Shown: piece after piece, positions 38,978-47,816 of the stretch
Numbering within the stretch: position 1 is the stretch's first letter
Layout: each line of letters starts with the position of its first letter
NCBI GenBank assembly: GCA_036635835.1
Contig: JAVWPP010000002.1
Location: forward strand, 4,990 to 68,989
Origin: Clostridia bacterium
GTDB lineage: Bacteria > Bacillota > Clostridia > TANB77 > CAG-465
Direction of reading: 5' to 3'
DNA: 64,000 bases
Program-made: the position numbers and the translations under genes
The notes under the pieces: generated by a model
Database searches by the model: none
What the model saw: only the letters and a program-made list of their open reading frames with translations
Told to the model about the DNA's origin: nothing

Positions 38978-41026
38978 TTGAAAAGCGAATTAGAAATATT
39001 AAAATTAAAAATAGAAGAAAATGATATAATATCTTTTGATATATTTGATACTTTAGTGTTTAGAAATGTAATGAAACCTAAAGACATATTTAAAATAGTA
39101 GAAGAAACTTTCATAGATCATGATATAATTAAAGGATTTGCAAAATTTAGAGCGGAATCCGAAGCAAAAGCAAGACTTTTATCTGGAAAAGAAGATATTG
39201 AATTAGATGAAATATATGATTTTATGGATGATAAGTATAAAGGTTATACAGAAAAGATAAAACAATATGAATTAGATATAGAAAAAGAGTTTATAGTAGA
39301 AAATAAGTTTATGAAAAAGGCATTTAATTATGCTAAAAAACTAAACAAAAAAATATTGATCATCTCAGATATGTATTTACCAAATTCATTTTTGCAGCTT
39401 GTTTTAGAAAAAGAAGGATATAAAGGATTTGATAATTTATATGTTTCTGGATCTCTAAACAAAACAAAAGCAACTGGTTCTATATATGAATTTGTAAGAA
39501 GCGAAAATAAAATTAGAATGAGTGATAAATGGTTACATATTGGTGACAATACTAGATCTGATATTGAAAACGCAAAGAGTAAAGGTATAAATGTTTTTTA
39601 TTATAAGCCACCAGCTGAAAGAATAAAATACAATTATAAAATGAATTTAAAAGAATCTATTATGAATGCAATACAGATCAATACTTCTAGAAATGGCATA
39701 GAAATTAGTACTTTCGAAAAAATGGGTATTGAAGACGTATCAAGCATATTTTATGGTTTTTGCGATTGGCTTGCTAGTGTAACATCTACGCAAGATAATT
39801 TAATGTTCCTATCTAGAGATGGATATTTTCCTCAAAAAGTGTATGAACTGTTTAAAGAAAAAAGAAAGATTGATGTATATACTAAATACTTGCTTACTTC
39901 AAGAAAAGCATATCAAATACCTGCTTATGCATTAATGGAAAAAAAGGATGTAATAGAACAGCTTACATTGTGGAACTCTCAATTAGATCATAAAATAACA
40001 ATAAAAGATATATATAAACAAGTTGGATTAGATGCTTCTAGCTTTATAAGAGAGATTAAGACTCTTGGTTTTAAAGATGAAAATACAGTATTGGATTTTA
40101 TGAATAGAGACAAGATAAAAAAATTACTTGCGCTTACATATAGCAAAATAAAGAAAAAACTTGAACTAAGATTAGAACTAGTAAAAGAATATCTAATTCA
40201 AGAAGGTGTAGATAAATTTGAACAATTAAATATTGTGGATATAGGATGGCGCGGAAGCATACATAATGCAATGCAAAAGATACTTTCTAATGATATAAAT
40301 GGATTTTATTTTGGAACAACAGAGCATGTATATGATGCAATAAGATTAAATACATTTGGATATTACTTTGATTTAGGTTTCCCAATAGAAAATAAACAAT
40401 TTGGGTTAGATAATGTAATGATGTTTGAGCTTATATTTAATTCTCCAGAGCAAAGTTTAAATTCTTTTGCAGAAGAAAACGGAAAAATAGTTCCCGTGTA
40501 TAGCACAAAGAAAAATACATATGGAAAAGATTTAAATACAATGCAAAATGCAGCGTTAGAGACTATTAAAGAATATATCAAATACGACAAATATCTTACA
40601 GGTATAACATGCAAATCTAGTATGAGAAACTATATTAATTTTATAATAGATAGAAATTATGAAGATAGAGCAGCGTTTAAAAACTTTACTAATGAAATAG
40701 GCATGGATGATGGTGAATACGGATATGTTTTAGAAGTTAGCAAAGAAACGTTCCTAAAAGATTATAAGAAGGTATTAGAAAAAGCTAAATTTAGTTTATG
40801 GCAAGATACTTTTGTTATAAAAGGCATAAATACAAAAGAAGAATACGATAAGTTTTTAAAAGAAAATAATATAAAAATCAAACGTAAAAATAAAGCAATA
40901 TATCATTTTGCAGATTATATATACATGGCAACTAAATTTCCTAGCAAGGTATTACATCGCTCAGGAAATGCAGTAAAAGCATTGATGATATCTAAAGCTG
41001 AAAAGAATAATAAGTGTGGTGAGTAG
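38978..41026 (+). CDS. large glycan-associated protein with HAD-like N-terminal motif and conserved DIGWRGS domain
   Basis: TTG start 6 nt after aggagagtg. FDIFDTLVFRN near the N-terminus, FLSRDGYFPQKVY and DIGWRGS. The C-terminal roughly 450 aa is paralogous to the C-terminal part of the 43000 gene. Confidence 0.6.
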   Translation: MKSELEILKLKIEENDIISFDIFDTLVFRNVMKPKDIFKIVEETFIDHDIIKGFAKFRAESEAKARLLSGKEDIELDEIYDFMDDKYKGYTEKIKQYELDIEKEFIVENKFMKKAFNYAKKLNKKILIISDMYLPNSFLQLVLEKEGYKGFDNLYVSGSLNKTKATGSIYEFVRSENKIRMSDKWLHIGDNTRSDIENAKSKGINVFYYKPPAERIKYNYKMNLKESIMNAIQINTSRNGIEISTFEKMGIEDVSSIFYGFCDWLASVTSTQDNLMFLSRDGYFPQKVYELFKEKRKIDVYTKYLLTSRKAYQIPAYALMEKKDVIEQLTLWNSQLDHKITIKDIYKQVGLDASSFIREIKTLGFKDENTVLDFMNRDKIKKLLALTYSKIKKKLELRLELVKEYLIQEGVDKFEQLNIVDIGWRGSIHNAMQKILSNDINGFYFGTTEHVYDAIRLNTFGYYFDLGFPIENKQFGLDNVMMFELIFNSPEQSLNSFAEENGKIVPVYSTKKNTYGKDLNTMQNAALETIKEYIKYDKYLTGITCKSSMRNYINFIIDRNYEDRAAFKNFTNEIGMDDGEYGYVLEVSKETFLKDYKKVLEKAKFSLWQDTFVIKGINTKEEYDKFLKENNIKIKRKNKAIYHFADYIYMATKFPSKVLHRSGNAVKALMISKAEKNNKCGE

Positions 41027-41813
41027 ATTGGAATTTTTAAAAGAAGTATGGAAAAACAAAAGAGTATTATGTTCAATGGTCAAAAACGATTTTGTAAATC
41101 GATTTGCAAATACTAGTTTAGGTGCTATTTGGGGATTTGTATCGCCAATAGTTTTAATAGTATTATATGCTTTTGTATTTGAATATATATTAAAGTTAAA
41201 TACAGCAGGAGAGTACCCATATTTAGTATGGTTTTTACCAGGAATAGTGATGTGGACTTTCTTAAATGATGCGATTTTAAATACAACTAATTCAATTAGA
41301 GAATATAGTTATTTAGTAAAAAAAATAGTTTTTCCAATTGATATTATTCCGTTAATAAAAGTATTTTCAACTTTTATTGTAGCTGCTGTTATGCTTGCTA
41401 TAGTAATAGCAATATCATTTTTTAATGGATTTTTACCAAATTTAATTATGCTTATTTATTATACATTAGCAGCTGTTTTCTTTATTATAGGTATAACGCG
41501 TCTTACGAGTGCTTTATCTGTAATGTTAGGAGATATAGCTCAGGTTGTTCCAGTTATAATGCAGCTTATGTTTTGGGCAACCCCTACTGTTTGGAATATA
41601 GCTATTGTTGATGATAAAATAGCTAATATAATAAAATTTAATCCACTTGCTTATTTAGTTTGTGGATATAGGGATGTATTTATAAATGGTAGTATATTTT
41701 CAGATAACAATTATATATTTACAATAGTGTTTTGGATAATTGCAGTGCTTGTTTTTATATATGGAAATATAATATTTAATAAAAATAAAGATGAATTTTC
41801 AGATGTTATATAG
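41016..41813 (+). CDS. ABC-2 type polysaccharide/teichoic-acid export permease (Wzm/TagG-like)
   Basis: Six TM helices with an ABC-2 family pattern. GTG start overlaps the upstream stop. Confidence 0.7.
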   Translation: MVSRLEFLKEVWKNKRVLCSMVKNDFVNRFANTSLGAIWGFVSPIVLIVLYAFVFEYILKLNTAGEYPYLVWFLPGIVMWTFLNDAILNTTNSIREYSYLVKKIVFPIDIIPLIKVFSTFIVAAVMLAIVIAISFFNGFLPNLIMLIYYTLAAVFFIIGITRLTSALSVMLGDIAQVVPVIMQLMFWATPTVWNIAIVDDKIANIIKFNPLAYLVCGYRDVFINGSIFSDNNYIFTIVFWIIAVLVFIYGNIIFNKNKDEFSDVI

Positions 41814-41822
41814 GAGGAAGAA

Positions 41823-43025
41823 ATGAGTAATAAAACGGTTATAAAACTAGATAATATAAGTAAAATATATAAAGTGTATCCTACTAAAATAAATCGTTTT
41901 TTAGAAGTAATGTTTTTTATTAAAAATAAACATGAAGAGTTTAATGCTTTATCTAATATAACATTTGAACTAAATAAAGGTGAAATATTAGGTATAATAG
42001 GAAGCAACGGTGCAGGTAAATCTACTTTGCTTAAAGTAATAACTGGTGTAACTAAACCTACATCTGGTAAATTATCTGTAAAGGGTAAGGTAGCATCACT
42101 TCTAGAGCTAGGAGCGGCGTTTAATTTTGAACTTACAGGTGTGCAAAACATTTATCAGCAAGGTCAAATTTTAGGAATGACAAAAGAACAAATAGACAGT
42201 AAAGTAGAAGATATTGTTGAATTCTCTGGAATAAATAAGAATGTTAATCAATTAGTTAAAACTTATTCTAGTGGTATGTTTGCAAGACTTGCGTTTTCTT
42301 GTGCAATTAATATGGATTTTGATGTTTTAATAGTAGATGAAATATTAAGTGTTGGAGATACAAATTTTCAAAACAAATGTATAAACAGAATGCAAGAATT
42401 AACGAAAGAAGGCAAAACAATATTATTTGTTTCTCATGATTTACATGCAGTAAAATATTTTTGTAATAGAGTTATTAGGCTAGATAAAGGCAGAATAATA
42501 GATGAGGGAGATAATGTTTTAGAAATCGTTGAAAAATACGAAAGAAATATAATGCCCGAGAGAGTAGATAATGAGAAAAAAGAAGTAAAAGAAAGAGCAT
42601 TTTCAACTAATGAAATTGTAACTATAGATAAAGTTATCTTAAAAGATGGAGCAGGGAATAGGACTAAGAAATTTAAGCATAAAGAAAATATTAAAGTGCA
42701 AATAAATTATACATTGCATAAATATGAAGAAGGTATGTTTTTTGGTGTTGGATTTAGAAATAGTAATAATGACTATATAAATGGTATGAATACAAAGCAG
42801 GAAGGCTTGGAAATACAGCAAAAGCCGGGAGAATATACACTTGAATTAGAATATATATGCCCAATGGTATATAAAGATATATATTCATTATGGGGAGTGT
42901 GTTATAATTCGTCAGGAACAGTGGTATTAAGTGATTATATAATAAAAGACGCATTTGAAGTCTATGTAGACAAGGATGTATGTGAAGGAGTGACATATAT
43001 TGAACACAATTGGCAATACAAGTAG
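41823..43025 (+). CDS. ABC exporter ATP-binding protein with C-terminal glycan-binding domain (Wzt/TagH-like)
   Basis: Walker A GSNGAGKST, signature YSSGMFARL, Walker B LIVDE, and a roughly 150-aa beta-rich C-terminal extension. Confidence 0.75.
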   Translation: MSNKTVIKLDNISKIYKVYPTKINRFLEVMFFIKNKHEEFNALSNITFELNKGEILGIIGSNGAGKSTLLKVITGVTKPTSGKLSVKGKVASLLELGAAFNFELTGVQNIYQQGQILGMTKEQIDSKVEDIVEFSGINKNVNQLVKTYSSGMFARLAFSCAINMDFDVLIVDEILSVGDTNFQNKCINRMQELTKEGKTILFVSHDLHAVKYFCNRVIRLDKGRIIDEGDNVLEIVEKYERNIMPERVDNEKKEVKERAFSTNEIVTIDKVILKDGAGNRTKKFKHKENIKVQINYTLHKYEEGMFFGVGFRNSNNDYINGMNTKQEGLEIQQKPGEYTLELEYICPMVYKDIYSLWGVCYNSSGTVVLSDYIIKDAFEVYVDKDVCEGVTYIEHNWQYK

Positions 43026-46005
43026 TAGTAGATATATTAGAAAAATTGATTATAGAGAACCAACTGCAGATTATAAGATAGCAAATCAAGTTAAAGATGG
43101 TTCTAAAGTATTAGAAATAGGTACATCAAGTGGGTATATGTCAGAATTCCTTGTTAAGGAGAAAAACTGCATACTTTCAGGTGTGGAATATAATACAGAG
43201 CTTTTTAATAAAGCAAAAGTTTTTTTTGAAAATGGATATAATGAAGATCTAAATAAAATAACTCAGTGGGAAGATAAAATACAAGATAATTATTTTGATT
43301 ATATAATTTGTCAAGATGTATTAGAGCATTTGTTAAATCCATTTGAAGTTATTAAAGCGCTTATGAAAAAACTAGCTAAAAACGGCAAAATATTAGTTTC
43401 TATACCGAATGTATCTCATAATGCAATTTTGATGGAAATACTTAAAGATAAATTTTCATATGAGCAATCTGGAAGTTTGGATTATACTCATTTTAAGTTC
43501 TATACAGCTAAATCTTTTAAAGACGAAGCAAATAAAATAGGTCTTAAAGTAATTCATCATGATATAACATATTTAATACCGGAAGATTCAAGTTTGAATA
43601 ATAGCTATAAAGATTATAGTTTGAAAGAAAGAGAAGTGCTTTTTGATCATTATAATGGACATGTATTTCAAAATATTTTTGTTCTTGGAAAAAAAGAAGA
43701 ATATGCTGATGAAAAAGAAAAATTAATTCAATTTAAATTGCAAAACTATGATGAGGTTATTATAGAAACTAAAAGTAATGTAAAGAGATATTATTATCAT
43801 GATGCTGAATTAATAGAATATATTTTAGAAAAAGGTACTCAAAATGTTAAAATATATCCAAGTATAAGACTTAAAAAATTTAATGTGGATTTGTATATTA
43901 ATGATGAAAAACAGTATATATCTTCTTTTGATTATCAAGCTGGAATTATACATGAAAATGAAGATAGATATATTTCTACTGGAACTGAATGTATAAATTT
44001 AAAAAGAGATTTTAAAAAAGGAGATAAAGTAGGAATACGCATTACTAGTAGCGAGAGTATTTTTGATCAGATTATAAAAGGCGAAAATTATTTTAATTCC
44101 GAAATAACTAATATTAAAGCGAAAATAGATAAATATACCCACATTTCTATAGCTGCATGGGATACGTTTATTTTAAAAAATGTGCTTAAATTTGACGATA
44201 TAATAGAGATAGTAGATAGAAAAGTAAGAACTAAGTTTGGTATAAATAACTTTGCTAAAAGGAGATTAGCTGCTAAATCGTATGAAATAGATGAAATTTA
44301 TGAAGAGTTAAGAATATTTTTAAAAGATAAAACCGAAGATGTTAAAAAAATAGAAATAGAGACTGTTCAAGAGTTTTCTATAGTTAACCCATTTATGCTT
44401 GAGATTTTGGATTTTTGCAAAAGACAAAATAAAAATGTGTATATTGTTAATAATGGTTATCTAGATAGCAACATTTTGATGGCTGTGCTGCATAATTTGC
44501 AGATTACTAATTTAAAAGTTATATCATATGATGATCTGCTTAAGTTCGATCTAGATCAGCTATTGCATATTGGTTCGGATATAAAAAAAGATATTATTAA
44601 TCTTAAAAGTTTAAATATAAATACGTATATGTATAAGGCTGTGCAAAAACGAGTAGAAAATAGAAAGAGTTTGGAAACTAAAAATATCTCAGAATCTATT
44701 ATGAGAGCCATTCAATATAATTATATATATAACGGCCTGCATATTAAATATTTTGAAAAGTTTGGTATTGAAAACGTAGCACCTATATACTTCTATTTTA
44801 CAAACTGGTTATACAATAAAAGTAAAGATAAAGACAATATATTTTTCTTATCTAGGGATGGATATATGCCATTTAAAGTATATAAATTGCTTCAGAAAAG
44901 TAGAAATACAGATAAATATATTAAGTATGTGTATGCGTCAAGAAAAGGTTATCAAATACCTGGACTTGCAACTGTAGGAATAGACAAAGCTTTGAGCGTT
45001 TTAACAGAGTTTAATTTGCAGTTAGATGAACAGCTTATACTTTCAGATGTTTTTAAAAATGCAACATTAAACCCAGAAGAAGTTTCAAAACAAAAGTTAG
45101 AAAAGTATGGCTTTAAATCTATAGATGCTAAAGTTAATATTAAAAACATAAATAAAGCAAAAGAACTGCTTAAAGAATACTATCCAAAAATTAAAGAAAA
45201 CTTGCAAAATAAATTAGAGCTTGCAAGAGAATATTTAAAATCTGAAGAATTTGATAAATTTGATACAGTAAATATTGTAGATATTGGTTGGAGAGGTAGC
45301 GTGCAAAATTACATACAAAAAATAATGAATAAAAAAACGTATGGATACTATTTTGGAACAATACCTACAGAATATAAAGAAATAAGAAAAAATATGCTTG
45401 GTTGCTATAGCAATAAATTTATGCCGCTATTACGTAGTGAATTTATATTAGATAACATTATGATGTTTGAGCTTGTATTTTCAGCACCGTTTCCACCACT
45501 TGTTGGTTTCGAAAAAAATAGTAAAGGCAAGGTTGTTCCGGTATTTAGTAGTGTAAAATCAGACACCTTTAATAAAGCAGTTAAAACTTTTCAAGAATCT
45601 GCTCTATATATTATAGAAAAATTTATGGATTATGATGAGTATCTATCAGAAATAGATATAGACTTTTCACTTAGTAATTATAAAAAATATATTGCGGATA
45701 AAAAGTACGCAGATATAATTGAAATGCATAAATTACAAACTAACATAGGTTATGGCGAAAAACAGCGTAAATACGTAGAAACAGTCAAACTTGAAACATT
45801 ACTTGCAGACAATATAAAAGTGCTTAAAAAGGCTAATTACGGCTTCTGGAAAGGTGCTATATACATAGAAGGAGTAGAAACACAAAAAGAATATGACGAA
45901 ATAAAGAAGAAATATAACTTTAAGACGTCGCTTGGCGCAATTAAAGCTTCTAGGTATTACAGAGGAGCAGAAGCTATGTTAAATAAGAAGCAAAAAAATA
46001 AATAA
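43000..46005 (+). CDS. fusion protein with N-terminal class I SAM-dependent methyltransferase plus a diverged copy of the DIGWRGS domain (WbdD/WsaE-like chain-terminator candidate)
   Basis: MTase motif I VLEIGTSSGYMSEFL, post-I DYIICQDVLEHL. The C-terminal half aligns with the 38978 protein (FLSRDGYMPFKVY, DIGWRGS). TTG start overlaps the upstream gene by 26 nt. Confidence 0.6.
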   Translation: MNTIGNTSSSRYIRKIDYREPTADYKIANQVKDGSKVLEIGTSSGYMSEFLVKEKNCILSGVEYNTELFNKAKVFFENGYNEDLNKITQWEDKIQDNYFDYIICQDVLEHLLNPFEVIKALMKKLAKNGKILVSIPNVSHNAILMEILKDKFSYEQSGSLDYTHFKFYTAKSFKDEANKIGLKVIHHDITYLIPEDSSLNNSYKDYSLKEREVLFDHYNGHVFQNIFVLGKKEEYADEKEKLIQFKLQNYDEVIIETKSNVKRYYYHDAELIEYILEKGTQNVKIYPSIRLKKFNVDLYINDEKQYISSFDYQAGIIHENEDRYISTGTECINLKRDFKKGDKVGIRITSSESIFDQIIKGENYFNSEITNIKAKIDKYTHISIAAWDTFILKNVLKFDDIIEIVDRKVRTKFGINNFAKRRLAAKSYEIDEIYEELRIFLKDKTEDVKKIEIETVQEFSIVNPFMLEILDFCKRQNKNVYIVNNGYLDSNILMAVLHNLQITNLKVISYDDLLKFDLDQLLHIGSDIKKDIINLKSLNINTYMYKAVQKRVENRKSLETKNISESIMRAIQYNYIYNGLHIKYFEKFGIENVAPIYFYFTNWLYNKSKDKDNIFFLSRDGYMPFKVYKLLQKSRNTDKYIKYVYASRKGYQIPGLATVGIDKALSVLTEFNLQLDEQLILSDVFKNATLNPEEVSKQKLEKYGFKSIDAKVNIKNINKAKELLKEYYPKIKENLQNKLELAREYLKSEEFDKFDTVNIVDIGWRGSVQNYIQKIMNKKTYGYYFGTIPTEYKEIRKNMLGCYSNKFMPLLRSEFILDNIMMFELVFSAPFPPLVGFEKNSKGKVVPVFSSVKSDTFNKAVKTFQESALYIIEKFMDYDEYLSEIDIDFSLSNYKKYIADKKYADIIEMHKLQTNIGYGEKQRKYVETVKLETLLADNIKVLKKANYGFWKGAIYIEGVETQKEYDEIKKKYNFKTSLGAIKASRYYRGAEAMLNKKQKNK

Positions 46006-46010
46006 AAAAT

Positions 46011-46041
46011 GGAGATAGATTTATATTCTATCTCTTTTTTT
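46011..46041 (+). terminator. intrinsic terminator
   Basis: gagatag/ctatctc hairpin followed by T8. Confidence 0.6.
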
Positions 46042-46051
46042 TGGATTTGTA

Positions 46052-46107
46052 GACTAAAAAAATAACACAAATAAGCCAAAAGAGAAAACTCCTTTGCTTA
46101 TCTGTGT
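46052..46107 (-). terminator. intrinsic terminator for rpsU
   Basis: 13-bp stem aacacaaataagc/gcttatctgtgtt with a T-run on the minus strand. Confidence 0.55.
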
Positions 46108-46138
46108 TATTAAGTTTTATATTTCAAGTATATAAAGT

Positions 46139-46312
46139 CTAGTGTTTTCTTTTTCTAGCTGCTTCAGATTTCTTTTTTCTTTTTACGCTAGGTTTTTCAT
46201 AGTGTTCTCTTTTTCTTATTTCAGCAAGAACCCCATATTTAGCGCATTGTTTTTTGAATCTAGCAATAGCATTATCTAAACTTTCATTGTCTTTTAATTT
46301 TATTCCTGGCAT
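46139..46312 (-). CDS. rpsU: 30S ribosomal protein S21
   Basis: [48 protein letters not shown]. Start taken at the MPG ATG after ggaaggagggg. The track ORF extends further upstream and is probably spurious. Confidence 0.8.
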   Translation of the reverse strand: MPGIKLKDNESLDNAIARFKKQCAKYGVLAEIRKREHYEKPSVKRKKKSEAARKRKH

Positions 46313-46583
46313 CGTCATTCCCCTCCTTCCAGCGGGAAATACCTTGTAAATTTTAAAGTATTTCAGAATTACTTTTCCATTATACATTATTTTTTGGCGA
46401 TAGTCAAGTCTATGTGTAAAAAAATATTATGTTTATTGAAAAGGTTAACCAATATACCTACTTAAACGACTATATTATCCTAAATACAATTAAATTTATT
46501 GAATTATATTGTTAGAAATATCTCAATGTTTCTTTACATTATGCAATTCATATAGTAGAATAAGTAGGAAGAGGTGACCGGTG

Positions 46584-47807
46584 ATGGCAGAAAAAAAAGA
46601 AAATAAAATAATTAAGGTAATAATAACGCTAATCATGATAGTATTATTGGGATGGAGCGTGTATTATATAGCGATAGATACATTAAAAGGTCCATCAGTA
46701 GATGGTAATAAAGCATCTAAAAACAATAAGGAAATTAATGAACAATTAAAAAGAGTAGAAGAAGTTCTAAAAAAAATAGATTCTAAATATAAAGGAACAG
46801 AAGAAATAGATTTAGATAAACTTGGTGAGGGTGCTTTAAGAGGCATATTTGCTATGATAGAAGATCCGTATACTAGATATTTAGATAAAGAAGATTATAA
46901 AGATTCTGTTACTCCATCTAATGAAGAATACGTTGGAATAGGTATAACTAGTACTTTTAGTGAGGAAAAACAAAAAGGATATATAATAAGTATTCTTCCT
47001 GAATCACCAGCATCTGAAAGCGGAATATGGATAGGAGATGCTTTAAAAAAAGTAGGAGATTTAGAAGTTACAAGTTATGATACATATAAAGAAGCAATGA
47101 CAATACTAAGAGGTGTTGAAAATACTACTGTAGATGTAGTTTTAGACAGGGATGGTGAAACTATTACAAAGTCTGTAACAAGAAGAAAAGTTAAAGAAAA
47201 TTGTTTGACTGCGAAGACTATTGAGAAAAATATAGGTTATATAAGAATATATTCTTTTGATTTTAATGTTGCTGATAAGTTTAAAAAAGAATATAACTCT
47301 TTTAAAGAACAAGGAATAAGTAAATTAGTTATAGATTTACGTGGAAATCCAGGTGGAATTGTTGATGAAGCTGTTGAAATTGCAGATTTATTTATACCTG
47401 GAAATGATGTTATTTTAGAAACTGTATATAAAGATGGAAGTAGTAAATTTAAAAAAGCTGTCGATGGAAAAGCATCAGACATGAAAGTTACTATTTTGAC
47501 AAATGAAAATTCAGCTAGTGCTTCTGAAATATTAGCAAGCGCGTTAAAAGATTATAAAGTGGCTACTATTGTAGGAGAAAAGACTTATGGTAAAGGCATA
47601 GTTCAGTCATACGAAGGACTTAGAGCTGGTGATGGAGTTAGTATTACTGTAGCTGAGTATTTTACAAAAAATAGAGCTGTAATTCATAAAAATGGTATTG
47701 AACCAGACATTGAAGTTATTGCTACAAAAGATGAAAAGAAACAAATAGATATGGATGTAAAAAAAGATAGCGTTTTAAGAAGAGCTATTGAAGAATTAAA
47801 TAAATAG
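46584..47807 (+). CDS. ctpA: carboxy-terminal processing protease (S41, PDZ domain)
   Basis: N-terminal TM, a PDZ region, and S41 catalytic-region motifs GNPGG, TNENSASASE and KTYGKG. Confidence 0.8.
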   Translation: MAEKKENKIIKVIITLIMIVLLGWSVYYIAIDTLKGPSVDGNKASKNNKEINEQLKRVEEVLKKIDSKYKGTEEIDLDKLGEGALRGIFAMIEDPYTRYLDKEDYKDSVTPSNEEYVGIGITSTFSEEKQKGYIISILPESPASESGIWIGDALKKVGDLEVTSYDTYKEAMTILRGVENTTVDVVLDRDGETITKSVTRRKVKENCLTAKTIEKNIGYIRIYSFDFNVADKFKKEYNSFKEQGISKLVIDLRGNPGGIVDEAVEIADLFIPGNDVILETVYKDGSSKFKKAVDGKASDMKVTILTNENSASASEILASALKDYKVATIVGEKTYGKGIVQSYEGLRAGDGVSITVAEYFTKNRAVIHKNGIEPDIEVIATKDEKKQIDMDVKKDSVLRRAIEELNK

Positions 47808-47816
47808 GTGAATTGT

